A stretch of 64,000 nucleotides of DNA, from positions 1 through 64,000 of IMG/VR virus record IMGVR_UViG_3300005937_000001; one strand, written 5' to 3'. How positions within the stretch are numbered: position 1 is the first letter of the stretch; every line of letters starts with the position of its first letter. The notes under the pieces are model-generated. The model saw nothing but the letters and a program-made list of their open reading frames with translations. It made no database searches and was not told where the DNA came from. Of this stretch, positions 42,237 through 52,133 are shown one piece after another. This DNA is from a virus. Taxonomy: Duplodnaviria; Caudoviricetes. A program made the position numbers and the translations under genes.

Positions 42237-42722
42237 ATGACGCTAGATATTCTGCGCAAGCATGGCGGCTGGTGCGTTGAGTTGCAGCAGCCGCTCAAAT
42301 ATCGCGGCGACGATGTGTCGGCGATCGAGCTACGCCGGCCAACGGCCGAGCAGACTATCCGCTGGAGCAACTGGCAAATTCCCTCGACGCTTGCACTGCT
42401 GAGTGAGTTGTGTGGTCTGCCAGAAAAATTAATCCGTCAGCTGCCATCGGACGATTTTGAGCGCGTGATGTTCGCGCTCACTAACGTTGTGCCGCCTTGG
42501 CTCAAGACAGATATGGACGAGGGCAAACGTCCACTCGCAACACCGGACGAGGTTCTAGCGGAAGCCGAACAAGCTGTCGTCGTGCCTGATCAGCAAGACC
42601 CGCGCTTCCCCGCGGTTGATGGTCCGGTCGTGCGCCTGCGCGAGCGCGAGCCGAAACCCACGCCGCCACCTGAGAAGCCAATCAACCTTGCACCGCCTGC
42701 AACGTCCGAGGTGGTGAGCTAA
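42237..42722 (+). CDS. tail assembly chaperone (P2 gpE-like)
   Basis: VELQQPLKY.G...IELRRPT...LSELCGLP...I.QL...DFERV; directly before the tape measure. Confidence 0.75.
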   Translation: MTLDILRKHGGWCVELQQPLKYRGDDVSAIELRRPTAEQTIRWSNWQIPSTLALLSELCGLPEKLIRQLPSDDFERVMFALTNVVPPWLKTDMDEGKRPLATPDEVLAEAEQAVVVPDQQDPRFPAVDGPVVRLREREPKPTPPPEKPINLAPPATSEVVS

Positions 42723-45700
42723 TGGCTGACGACGAAACTACCATCAAGTTACTAATCGAAGCTGAGGATCGCAGCCGCGAGACCTTCGAGGCTGCCAAAA
42801 AGCGGGCTGAGGACCTGGCTAAGCTTGAGATCGATCTTGCGAACAAAGTCAGAGATGCGCAAGAGAAGCAGGCTAACGGTCAGTACAAACTAAACATCTC
42901 CGCCAAAGAATTTTTTGATCTGAAAAAGCAGGAGATGAACGTCCATGCGCAGCTGCAGCAAGCGCAGATGGCGCAGTACGCTGCTCTGCAGAACTTGGTA
43001 GCTGCACATCAAAAACTCACCGCCGCAGTGACAGCGCACGGCAATGCGGCTACGCGTGCTTTTGGCTCCGCAGGCCAAGCTCTGCTTACTTATGGCAAGC
43101 ACTTCTTGGCAGTCTCTGCGATTATAGAAACTGGTCGCCGCGCGCTTGTAACCTTCGCCGAGTACGAGCGCGGCATGAACCGGATCGCATTGGAGTCCGG
43201 TAAGACCAGCAAAGAGCTTAACGATCTAGGCCACACCTTCACTGCGCTGTCGGGTATGACCGGCCGCCATATGTCGGACCTGCAGGCTAGCTTTCTCAAG
43301 ATGAAGGAGCAGACTACCGGACCATTTCAAGACGTCGTGCATCTGTTTGAGCGTGTCACAACTGCAGCGCACGTCGCCGGCGTTCAGTCAGAGACTGTAG
43401 CGAAGATTGCCGCTACTGCGATGGCGGATTTGAAAATTCCGATAACTGAGATGGGTGACTATCTCGACACGCTGGTCAAGACAGTACCGGCATCGATGAT
43501 GGAAACATGGGGTCATGTCGGCCCGCATCTCACGCAAGTTTTGAAAGATATAGGTTTTACCGGCAAGGAGAACGCCGAACTTTTACAAGCTGGATTTGCT
43601 GGAGCTGCGCGGGCACTCGGCAGTGCCGAGCGTGCGGGTCAAGGCGTGTCTAAAGTCATGACCATGGCTGGAGACATCTCAACTCGGCTCGGCACACTGA
43701 TGGTGCCGCAAATTCAGAGGATTCAGCAAGCTGGCGGCGACGCCAGTGACGTTATGATCGAAGCTTACGAACGAATGAGAGCGTTGGGTGTCGATGACCC
43801 CAACCTGGTCAAACGCTCGCTTGCTCAACGAATGTTTGGCGTCACTCAGACCGATATCGATGCGTTGAAAGAGGCAGTCGAGCAAACACGCATACTCAAG
43901 GAGGTTGCGCACGAAGCCGGCACCGATGTCAACACGGTTCAGAAAGCGCTTGGTCTATTAGGCAAGGATTCTAAAACGTCGCTCGACACCATCACTGCCA
44001 GCTTCAACAACATGCTGGAGTCGCTTGGCGACATATTGGTGATGAGCGGTCTGCCGAACGCACTCAGTGAATTTCTAAAATCCACTGCTCGCGATATCGA
44101 AATGATCGTCAAGCTGTGGAAGTGGGTTGAAGAGCACGTCCCAGGCATGGGCAGCAAAGGCTACTCGGAACCTGGTGCTGAGCCTGGTGCACCGACGAAG
44201 CCTACTGCGCAAGGGCAAATGTTTGGCGGGGTCGGTCAGTTTTTTGGTCAGTCTGGTCAGATGAAGTGGGACCTGCTGATGCGTATGTTCGGCATCGGCG
44301 GCATGGTCCCAGGCGGAGGTGGCGAGCCGCAGGGGCCTGTGCTCCCGCCCGCGGTGCGTCAGAAGCTCGAAGACGACGCCAAAGCCGCCGCAGAAGCACG
44401 GCAGAAAAAAGAAGAGGAGATCAAAGAGAAGTACGAGCAGCGCAGACTGCTCATTGAGCAGCGGCGACAGCAGCGCAAACCGGCTTATGCGACTGGTGGT
44501 AGCTTCGAGGTTGGCGGTCAAGGCGGCGTTGACTCTCAAGACGTTTCCTTCCGCGCAACGCCTGGTGAGCGTGTAGACGTCACCACACCGCTGCAAGAAA
44601 GCCTGCAGCAGCAACAGGACAAAGCCGATATTGCGATGCGCGAGCATTTCTCGCGCTTCCACCAGACGGCCTTCACTAAAACGACTCCTGCATCTTGGTG
44701 GCCTAGTGGTGGTGTCCGTGAGCCTGGTGCTGCCGGCGGTGGCGGTGGGCGTAGTCCACTCAGTGGCGGTGGTCACCCCAGTTCTGGTGCTTCGACCCGA
44801 GGGCCTAGCAGTGGTGGCGGCCAAGATGGGTCAACTGGAACGACCGAGGCTCCTGGCACCGGCTCGACACCTCTCAAAACACCGACCAACCTCGATGTGA
44901 CTTCACCTCAAGGGCCAGCACAAGACATCCAAACTGCTATCGAGCGAGGCTATCTAAAGCCGCCAGACGCGGGTGGCACTGCAACAGGCGGCGGTAGTCC
45001 CTATCTCGCAAACCAACGCGCAGCTCTGTTCAAGGAGCTAGATGCCAATCCAGCCTTGAAGACGACAGTCGCCCGTCTCATCGCTACCGAGAACCACTCA
45101 ACGGCTCCTGGCGCACGCGCTGCCATCTTGGAACGTCTCGTCAATGAGGCAGTCCGCACCGGCAAAACAGTCGAGCAGATGGTCGGCAAGAGCGGCACCA
45201 GTTGGTATGGTCCCATCAAGAATAATAACCTGCGCAATTTAAGCGACGAAGAAATGAAGGTTAGCCTGCGCGAGATGGAAACGGTGCGCGGCGGCAGCAA
45301 CCTTATCGATTTCCGCACTGAACAGGGTATGTGGAACGATAAACATCGAGAGCATCCCTGGACGAAAAAAGTTGGAGTTGAGAAGTCCCGCCTCAAGAAC
45401 ATCCTTGGTGAGTATTTCAGCGACGCGGATCAAGAAGCTCAGAACTGGGCCAATAAGCAACGCGAGGCGATGAAGACCTATGATGCTGCGCATCCGGCGG
45501 ATGGGAAGCCAGCAGGGGCTACAGGCGCGCCAACAGTCGGCACTGCAAGCTCCGTCAAATCAGCAGTCTATGCTGGTCAGTCTTTCGACGCACAAGGTAA
45601 TGTAGTCGATGCGCCTGCTGGGGGATCAGTCGACCTCCCGACTTCGAAAACAGCTGTATGGGCGCCGTCCGTCGAGAAGGACCCAAACTACCCCAACGTC

Positions 45701-46732
45701 ACCGAGCTGCAGCCCAAGGTCGCCAAGGACCGCAGGCAAGGTCTCGATCCTCGGCTTAAGTCCGCGCTCGACGTTGCAGCTGGTGAGAACGGTCTTAAGG
45801 TCGTTGTCACTTCTGGCGGTCAACACAAACACGGCGAAGGCGGCACGCGCACCGGAAGCCTGCGCCACGATCACGGTGGAGCAGCAGACTTTGATCTGGT
45901 CGACCCCAAGACTGGCAAGACGCTTGAGCGTAATGATCCGCGGCGTCTAGCGTTCTTGCAGCGTGCAGCCTCACTCGGTGCCGGCGGTGCTGGTACCGGC
46001 TACATGTCGGACAAGCGCAAAATCCACATGGGCATCACTGGTGCCTCATCAAGAGTCGGCGAAGGCCTTGGCGCGTATGCCGGCAATGATGCTGAACGAG
46101 CTGCCATCAACAAAGGCGTCGAGGAGTGGAAGAAGGACCCGACCAAGCTCGCTCGCATCATGAAGGAGCGCCGCGAGCTGGCGCAGAAGAAGGCTCAAGA
46201 GCAACAGGCGGCCAATAAGCCGGCCACTGCCCCAACCAACACCAAATCGGAAACTTCGAAACCTGCCGACGGGAGAGCCGCCGGCAAGAGCGCCGCTGCC
46301 GTTGCAGCTCACAACACTCAGATCGCTGCTGCTGATACTGGCGACAAAGCTGCCGGCAAGAGTTCAGCTGCTGTTGCCGCTCACACCGCAGCGAACTCAC
46401 CGGTCGCTGATAAACCTGGTGGCATCGGCTCTCGACAATGGGGCGGTGGAGTTCGTGCTGGCCGGCCGTACATGGTGGGCGAGAGCGGGCCCGAGTTATT
46501 CACGCCCGCGGGGCCTGGTCAGATCACGCCTGGTGGCTTTGATATCGGCGGCATGGCTGCACAGTATCAGCAGTTCGCCGAAATGATGCGCACACCAATC
46601 CGTCCACAGATCGAGATGCCACGCGCGGGTCCGATCATGCGGCGTGCATCTCGACGCATCGAGCAGCAACGCGAGATCGACGTTAGCCGCATGTCGCGGC
46701 ATGCCGCTCACTCTGACATTGGATTTACCTGA
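42722..46732 (+). CDS. tape measure protein with C-terminal probable peptidoglycan-hydrolase domains
   Basis: Helical N-terminal 600 aa; YATGGSF.VGG.GG.DSQ.V.FRATPGE.V and RQWGGGVRAGRPYMVGESGPELFTP motifs; M15-like TSG...HDHGGAAD. Confidence 0.9.
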   Translation: MADDETTIKLLIEAEDRSRETFEAAKKRAEDLAKLEIDLANKVRDAQEKQANGQYKLNISAKEFFDLKKQEMNVHAQLQQAQMAQYAALQNLVAAHQKLTAAVTAHGNAATRAFGSAGQALLTYGKHFLAVSAIIETGRRALVTFAEYERGMNRIALESGKTSKELNDLGHTFTALSGMTGRHMSDLQASFLKMKEQTTGPFQDVVHLFERVTTAAHVAGVQSETVAKIAATAMADLKIPITEMGDYLDTLVKTVPASMMETWGHVGPHLTQVLKDIGFTGKENAELLQAGFAGAARALGSAERAGQGVSKVMTMAGDISTRLGTLMVPQIQRIQQAGGDASDVMIEAYERMRALGVDDPNLVKRSLAQRMFGVTQTDIDALKEAVEQTRILKEVAHEAGTDVNTVQKALGLLGKDSKTSLDTITASFNNMLESLGDILVMSGLPNALSEFLKSTARDIEMIVKLWKWVEEHVPGMGSKGYSEPGAEPGAPTKPTAQGQMFGGVGQFFGQSGQMKWDLLMRMFGIGGMVPGGGGEPQGPVLPPAVRQKLEDDAKAAAEARQKKEEEIKEKYEQRRLLIEQRRQQRKPAYATGGSFEVGGQGGVDSQDVSFRATPGERVDVTTPLQESLQQQQDKADIAMREHFSRFHQTAFTKTTPASWWPSGGVREPGAAGGGGGRSPLSGGGHPSSGASTRGPSSGGGQDGSTGTTEAPGTGSTPLKTPTNLDVTSPQGPAQDIQTAIERGYLKPPDAGGTATGGGSPYLANQRAALFKELDANPALKTTVARLIATENHSTAPGARAAILERLVNEAVRTGKTVEQMVGKSGTSWYGPIKNNNLRNLSDEEMKVSLREMETVRGGSNLIDFRTEQGMWNDKHREHPWTKKVGVEKSRLKNILGEYFSDADQEAQNWANKQREAMKTYDAAHPADGKPAGATGAPTVGTASSVKSAVYAGQSFDAQGNVVDAPAGGSVDLPTSKTAVWAPSVEKDPNYPNVTELQPKVAKDRRQGLDPRLKSALDVAAGENGLKVVVTSGGQHKHGEGGTRTGSLRHDHGGAADFDLVDPKTGKTLERNDPRRLAFLQRAASLGAGGAGTGYMSDKRKIHMGITGASSRVGEGLGAYAGNDAERAAINKGVEEWKKDPTKLARIMKERRELAQKKAQEQQAANKPATAPTNTKSETSKPADGRAAGKSAAAVAAHNTQIAAADTGDKAAGKSSAAVAAHTAANSPVADKPGGIGSRQWGGGVRAGRPYMVGESGPELFTPAGPGQITPGGFDIGGMAAQYQQFAEMMRTPIRPQIEMPRAGPIMRRASRRIEQQREIDVSRMSRHAAHSDIGFT

Positions 46733-47382
46733 TGGCCAACTTTGAAGAACGCTGGAACGGTGAAGCGGCCAGTGGGCCGTTCCCCGAAATCCCTGACAGT
46801 GAAATCCACCAGTACCAGCCGCGAGCGGAGAAGGTGTCGTGGCGCAACATCGCCGATCCATCAACTGGTCTTACGCACCGCACCAACACGCCGGCCTATG
46901 GGTTGTCGCAGCCGACCTACGATCCACAACCAAAGTCAGCGCTCTACATGTGGGGCCCGCTGGCGTTTGAAGTCTGGCCGCTTAACATCCACGAGTTCGA
47001 CCACGAGACCGACACCGACTGGGCGCAGAAAGAGATCGCCGGCTCAGCGATCTTCCGCGAGTGGGTCGGAGAGAACGACGAGAACCTCTACTTCCGCGGC
47101 AAGATTTTTCCTTATCGCATCGGCGGCATGAGTGAGCTGGAGCTGCTGGAGGCTTCACGTCGCAAAGGCATTGCGCAAGCGCTGATCCGCAGCGGCGGCA
47201 ACGAGGGTACGCATCTGGGTTGGTACGTGATTGAGAAGCTCGTGCGCGCGCACAAGTTTCTCTCCTCTGAGGGTGTCGGCCAGGTAATTGAGTTCGAGGC
47301 AATCTTTACGCGCGTGCCCGTGCCCGATGATCCGACCGGACACTTCGCGCAGATGTGGACTGCAGGCTATGTTGGGGGCTGA
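46732..47382 (+). CDS. P2 gpU-like tail protein
   Basis: LYMWGPLAF...H....DWAQKEIAG...EWVGE...G.IFP. Confidence 0.8.
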   Translation: MANFEERWNGEAASGPFPEIPDSEIHQYQPRAEKVSWRNIADPSTGLTHRTNTPAYGLSQPTYDPQPKSALYMWGPLAFEVWPLNIHEFDHETDTDWAQKEIAGSAIFREWVGENDENLYFRGKIFPYRIGGMSELELLEASRRKGIAQALIRSGGNEGTHLGWYVIEKLVRAHKFLSSEGVGQVIEFEAIFTRVPVPDDPTGHFAQMWTAGYVGG

Positions 47383-47384
47383 GC

Positions 47385-47705
47385 GTGGCCATCATCGGTT
47401 TCGAGTTGCACAGGGTCGCTAGTGAATACGTCACGGTCGATCTAATCATTTGGAAACGCTACCGTGGCCGTGCCGAGGGCATGGTCGAGCTGATGCTCGA
47501 CGCTAATCCGCACATCTCACACGTTCACCGCGTCACGCCGTTCTTGCCCGTCGGCGTCTACATTCGCGTGCCAATCGATCCCAACCTCGTTCTTGGCAGG
47601 CCTGCACCGCTCGCGCAGGACAGCCTGTGGACCGATCGTGAGGGCTATCGGCTCGGTGTTGGTCAGCTGCCGCCCCCAACACCAGCATCAACGACGACAC
47701 CCTAA
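47385..47705 (+). CDS. P2 gpX-like (LysM-like) tail protein
   Basis: TVDLIIWKRYRG...VELMLDANPH...LPVGVYIRVP. Confidence 0.85.
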   Translation: MAIIGFELHRVASEYVTVDLIIWKRYRGRAEGMVELMLDANPHISHVHRVTPFLPVGVYIRVPIDPNLVLGRPAPLAQDSLWTDREGYRLGVGQLPPPTPASTTTP

Positions 47706-48916
47706 TGGCGACCTTCGACGACAGATTTAACGCTGTTAATGAGCTGCACTACGATCCGCTCAAGCGCGACACGCTGATCGGTGAGCTAGACCCGTTCCGT
47801 GGTGCCTACAATCAAACCAATCGAATGCGGGCGTACGTCGAGGTTATCGTCGATGGCGTTGATATCACCAACAAGATCGAACCTTTTCTGATCAGCGTAC
47901 GCTTTCGAGACGGCAAAGAAAAAGATTGCGAAATTGAAATCGATGACCGCGACGGCAGGTTGCCAATCCCACCATTGTACGCCCCTCTGCAGATATCGCT
48001 CGGGTGGGCACGTGAGGGTCTCTACAATTTATTTCACGGCACCATCACGGACCTCGAACATGGTTTTGGCCGCAAGCAAGGCGGCCGTCGCATGTGGGTA
48101 AAAGGCAAGGGCTTGAACGACGTCGAGACGCGTTTCAAGGAGCCTATGCAAGACGTGCTCGGCCAGGGCGCGCCGCCTGGTCAGAAGCAAGGTGCCATGC
48201 ATGGCCTGCCAGATTGGATAAAGCAGATTGGAAAGAACGCTGGTGTCAGCACCTACGTCAACTCTGCATTCTCGAAGTTCAAGCAGGACCACTGGCAGAT
48301 GATGGGTGCCAGCCCGATGCATGAGTTTACATCGCTTGCAGACAAGTTCGGATCGATGCTGGAGTTTGGTCCGAACAACACGGTCTCGTTTCTGGTGCCA
48401 GGAGAACGCGGTGTGAGCTGTCGTGCAGTCTGGCGCGACAATTTAATTGGTTATCGTGTGCGCCCGTGGGAAGCGCGCACGTCGTATGGTGGCGCACAGT
48501 CCATGTCATTCGACAACATGGCCGGCGAGTGGCTGAAGCAATTCACTGACACGGCTAAAAAAGCGATTGGGCCAGGAATAGCTGCTGTCGCAAAGGGCGG
48601 ATCACCAGGGCCGCAGGCAACTGAACAAAGCGCCGGCCAAGCCAACGAAGGCGCTGGCACCACCATGGACTCCGCCTCCTCTGGTCAGGGGCGGATCGTC
48701 ATCAATGGCGAGCCCCGCGCGCAGTACGCTAGCATGGTCAGCTTGGAAGGTGTTCGTCCAGGCGTTGATGGTCACTACCACATTTGGATCGCTGAACACA
48801 TCTACTCGCGCCAGGGCTATGTAACTTGGCTCGACGTCACGCCGGTCGCTAAAGCCGAGGGTTCCAACAACGTTTGGTACGGCTTTCAGCCGCGACCCCA
48901 GCCCAATATCGGCTGA
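47705..48916 (+). CDS. P2 gpD-like baseplate hub
   Basis: VDGVDIT..I.PFLISV.F.DG...D..EIEIDDRDG.L.IP...SLGW; RIVINGEP.A...V.LEGVRPGVDG.Y. Confidence 0.85.
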   Translation: MATFDDRFNAVNELHYDPLKRDTLIGELDPFRGAYNQTNRMRAYVEVIVDGVDITNKIEPFLISVRFRDGKEKDCEIEIDDRDGRLPIPPLYAPLQISLGWAREGLYNLFHGTITDLEHGFGRKQGGRRMWVKGKGLNDVETRFKEPMQDVLGQGAPPGQKQGAMHGLPDWIKQIGKNAGVSTYVNSAFSKFKQDHWQMMGASPMHEFTSLADKFGSMLEFGPNNTVSFLVPGERGVSCRAVWRDNLIGYRVRPWEARTSYGGAQSMSFDNMAGEWLKQFTDTAKKAIGPGIAAVAKGGSPGPQATEQSAGQANEGAGTTMDSASSGQGRIVINGEPRAQYASMVSLEGVRPGVDGHYHIWIAEHIYSRQGYVTWLDVTPVAKAEGSNNVWYGFQPRPQPNIG

Positions 48917-48946
48917 CTTTACTTCACATCGCAGAGGAGACTGGAC

Positions 48947-49321
48947 ATGGCTGCCAGCCTGGAAGATCGCGTATTGGACCTTGGGCTAAACGTCCTCGAC
49001 AACGAATCTACAACGATCAGCGTTTGCTCAACCGAGCCGACGTCCATCGCCATTGCAGCGACCTCGGGCTTGCTCGGCTTCAAGACCGGTGCTGCTGGCG
49101 CCATGTTTGGCGCACCAAGCGCCGGCGCCCCTAACGGCAGGCAGGTGGCCTCGGTGGCAATCTCCGACGGCACCATTACCACCTCTGGTACTGCCAGCTG
49201 GTGGGCAGCCTATGCTGCCGGCACGCTGCACGCCCACGGCACGCTCTCGGGTGCGCAAGTGGTCACCGCTGGCAACACCTTCACGCTGGCGAGCTTCACG
49301 ATCAAGATTCCGGCGAGCTGA
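48947..49321 (+). CDS. small structural-type protein (beta-rich)
   Basis: AGGAG RBS; DRVLDLGL.VL...ISVCS.EPT...GNTFTL.SF.I.IP. Confidence 0.7.
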   Translation: MAASLEDRVLDLGLNVLDNESTTISVCSTEPTSIAIAATSGLLGFKTGAAGAMFGAPSAGAPNGRQVASVAISDGTITTSGTASWWAAYAAGTLHAHGTLSGAQVVTAGNTFTLASFTIKIPAS

Positions 49322-49500
49322 TGAAAGAGCCTCCGCTCGATATCCAAGCCGAGTTCGCAGAAGAGTGCGAACATGTCATCCGCGCGCTGTCGGGGATGTG
49401 CTTCAGCTTCGATCAGAACGGGCATTTCTTTCCGCTCGCTTCCGACATGGCCGTGCTTGCAGCCGCAGTAGACCTGCTCAAACGTGCTCGCTCAAAGTGA
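49321..49500 (+). CDS. hypothetical protein, 59 aa
   Basis: TGATG coupling. Confidence 0.5.
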   Translation: MKEPPLDIQAEFAEECEHVIRALSGMCFSFDQNGHFFPLASDMAVLAAAVDLLKRARSK

Positions 49501-49967
49501 TCCTCGTTCTTGTAGCGTTGTTATTCGCAGCTCCGGCCTCAGCACGCGATCTTACGCTGCCCAACCACAAGCTAACGCCAGGCGTCACACGATCGCTCTC
49601 CCACGCCAAAATCTGCTCTACGATCTGGTCCCGTGATCGCCGTTTCGTCACAGCTAAAATGAAGCTCAACGTCTATCATAGCTACGGACTGATCGGCCCG
49701 CGCGATCGGCGGTGCGTGCCCGATGCACACGGGCGCCGGTGCGAGATTGACCACCTGATCCCGCGTTCGCTCGGCGGTGCTGATGTGCCCGCCAATCTCT
49801 GGCCGCAGCCGTTCGGTACCAGGCCGTGGAATGCAGCCCGTAAGGATCGCTTGGAGGTGAAGCTGAGCAGAGAAGTCTGCGCCGGCAAACTTGCGTTGAG
49901 AACTGCGCGCCGCATGCTAGTCAACGACTACAGGATTGCTTATCGTCGCTACATTGGCAATCCGTAG
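49497..49967 (+). CDS. exported HNH-signature protein
   Basis: Signal peptide ILVLVALLFAAPASA; LTPG...C...EIDHLIPRSLGGAD..NLWPQ...KDRLE..L...VC.G. Confidence 0.75.
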   Translation: MILVLVALLFAAPASARDLTLPNHKLTPGVTRSLSHAKICSTIWSRDRRFVTAKMKLNVYHSYGLIGPRDRRCVPDAHGRRCEIDHLIPRSLGGADVPANLWPQPFGTRPWNAARKDRLEVKLSREVCAGKLALRTARRMLVNDYRIAYRRYIGNP

Positions 49968-49976
49968 GAGGAGGGA

Positions 49977-50177
49977 ATGGGCGTAGACAATCTCAAAGCC
50001 GCTTCTTTGGTCATTACCGTGGGCTGGCAGCCAATGGACACGTTCCCAAAGGATGGCAGCACCGTCGAGATCACCGACGCGAAAGGCTTCATCTGCAGAG
50101 CGCAGTGGCATAGTGGACGCATCTTGACTGCGAGCTTGAACATCGTCGATCCGACAGGGTGGCGAAACTTGGAGTAA
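49977..50177 (+). CDS. DUF551-like small protein
   Basis: WQPMDTFPKDGSTVEI...PTGWR; GGAGG RBS. Confidence 0.65.
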   Translation: MGVDNLKAASLVITVGWQPMDTFPKDGSTVEITDAKGFICRAQWHSGRILTASLNIVDPTGWRNLE

Positions 50178-50180
50178 CCA

Positions 50181-52133
50181 ATGCAAGGCGCGACCAGGGC
50201 AGCGCTCGTATTTGAAGACACCAACATCACCAACGTCGGCATCAAGACTACGATGCACACGCGTACCATTGAAACTCGTCACGGCACCTTCACCGTTTTC
50301 GACGAGGATGAGCTGGTCGGGCTCTCGCTCGTTACCTACGGCGAGTACAGCGAGGGCGAGGTTGAGGTCTTTAGAAAGGTTCTAAGGTCTGGCGATGTGG
50401 CGATCGACGTCGGCGCCAACATCGGCGCGCTTACGGTGCCGATGGCCAAGCTGGTCGGTGAGCAGGGCAAGGTTTGGGCTTTCGAAGCCAGCGACGCCAA
50501 CCTCAAGCTCCTCTACAAGAACATCGAGCAGAATAACCTAAGCAAGGTTGAAGTTCTCCCATTTGCAGCCAGTGACAAGAGTGGCTTTCTAAAGGTCGAC
50601 AAGCAATCAGCCCTGCACGCCTATAGCCGTCGCGATATCAACGAAGGCGAGTTCGAGGTCTCATGCATGACCATTGACGAGCTGAAGCTCGCCAAGGTCA
50701 AGCTGATCAAGATCGATGTCGACGGCCACGAGCTGCAAGTGCTCAACGGTGCAGTCGAAACCATCAAGCGCTGCCGGCCGATCATCTACATCGAGAACGA
50801 GATCGCGGAGAAGCGCGAGGCCCTAGTCGCCTGGTTCATCGATCACGGCTACCGCCTGTACTGGCACCGGCCCTACCTCTTCAACATCGACAACTGGCGC
50901 GATGACAAGAAGAACATCTTCGGGGCACTGGTCTCGATCATGAACGTCTGCATCCCCGATGAAGAGGGCTACGAGGTACTGGCGCTCGAAGAGGTCAGCG
51001 ACTATCGCAACGATGATCGCATGTTCGATCGCGAGTGCGAGCGCTATCTTCGCTATGTCAAGCGCGATCCTGGCGACCTGCAATCGCGCTGGATGGCAGC
51101 GCACTACACCAACCTGATGCAGCGTCGACGCGAGGCCTGGGAGCTGGTCGAGGACAATCTCGCGCGCGATCCCGAGCACGTGCCCACGCGCGCACTATCC
51201 GCGTTGATGCAGCTGCAGGATGGCAACTACGGTCGTGAAGGTTGGGCAGGCTACGAGATCAGGCACCGGCAGCCCAACCGCCATCAGTTCGGCGGCGATC
51301 GTAACTTCGGCCCGCGCATCAAGCGTTGGGACGGCGAGAAGACCGACAAGCCGCTGCTGATCTGGAGCGAGCAGGGCTTCGGCGACAACATTATGTTTGC
51401 CCGCTTCTTCAAGCACGTGCTTAAGCGCGCGCCTAACGCCATCTTGGAGTGCCGGCCCGAGCTGTACGAGCTGTTCGAGTATTCTGGCGTCGCTCCGATC
51501 GAGTGGCGCAACAATTATTCCCGCCCCCATCTCTTTCGCCTTGGCCGCACGCTGCCGCGTGTTGAGCTGCAACTCCCCCTCCCTTCCACCGCGTGGGCGC
51601 TCGGCGCCGATGACAACATGATCCGCACCGGCCCGTATCTCGACGTCGACGGGACGCTGGTCGACAACTGGCGCGGTCACGGCAACATCCGGCTCGGCCA
51701 GACGCCGGAGGGTCCGCTGCATGGTGCGCGCATCGGCCTGTGCCACAAGGGATCGGCCACCTCCGAGCGCCCCTACACCCGTGACATCCCCAAAGAGCTG
51801 CTGATGCCGCTGGTCCGAAAATTCGGACCAGTGTTTCCGCTCGACCAGGTGGGACAGTTCGAGAGCTTCGCCATGACCGCGGCGGCGATCAAGGCGCTCG
51901 ATCTGGTGATCACCGTCGACACCTCGATCGCGCACCTCGCCGGCGCGCTCGGCGTGCCGACCTGGCTGCTGCTGAGCTTCGATCCCGACTTCCGCTGGGG
52001 GCTCAAAGGCAATCGCACGCTCTGGTATCCGAGCGTGAAAATCTTTCGCCAGCCAAAATTCCGCGACTGGCAGAGCGTGGTCGACGAGGTGATGGCAGCG
52101 CTCGATGGCCCTCCAGACTTTTCCTCTTCCTAA
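50181..52133 (+). CDS. FkbM-family methyltransferase fused to TPR and GT9-like glycosyltransferase
   Basis: YGEYSEGE, IDVGANIG, AFEA, KIDVDG.E..VL.GA; SEQGFGDNIMFARF; LDLVITVDTSIAHLAGALGVPTWLLL...RW. Confidence 0.9.
   Translation: MQGATRAALVFEDTNITNVGIKTTMHTRTIETRHGTFTVFDEDELVGLSLVTYGEYSEGEVEVFRKVLRSGDVAIDVGANIGALTVPMAKLVGEQGKVWAFEASDANLKLLYKNIEQNNLSKVEVLPFAASDKSGFLKVDKQSALHAYSRRDINEGEFEVSCMTIDELKLAKVKLIKIDVDGHELQVLNGAVETIKRCRPIIYIENEIAEKREALVAWFIDHGYRLYWHRPYLFNIDNWRDDKKNIFGALVSIMNVCIPDEEGYEVLALEEVSDYRNDDRMFDRECERYLRYVKRDPGDLQSRWMAAHYTNLMQRRREAWELVEDNLARDPEHVPTRALSALMQLQDGNYGREGWAGYEIRHRQPNRHQFGGDRNFGPRIKRWDGEKTDKPLLIWSEQGFGDNIMFARFFKHVLKRAPNAILECRPELYELFEYSGVAPIEWRNNYSRPHLFRLGRTLPRVELQLPLPSTAWALGADDNMIRTGPYLDVDGTLVDNWRGHGNIRLGQTPEGPLHGARIGLCHKGSATSERPYTRDIPKELLMPLVRKFGPVFPLDQVGQFESFAMTAAAIKALDLVITVDTSIAHLAGALGVPTWLLLSFDPDFRWGLKGNRTLWYPSVKIFRQPKFRDWQSVVDEVMAALDGPPDFSSS

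Noticed and set aside
42237-42722. Programmed frameshift in the tail assembly chaperone
   Set aside because: No clear slippery heptamer or second overlapping ORF recognised; the gene abuts the tape measure start directly
46280-46390. Short direct repeat GKS[AS]AAVAAH in the tape measure C-terminal linker
   Set aside because: Two-copy low-complexity duplication in a disordered linker; no evidence of function
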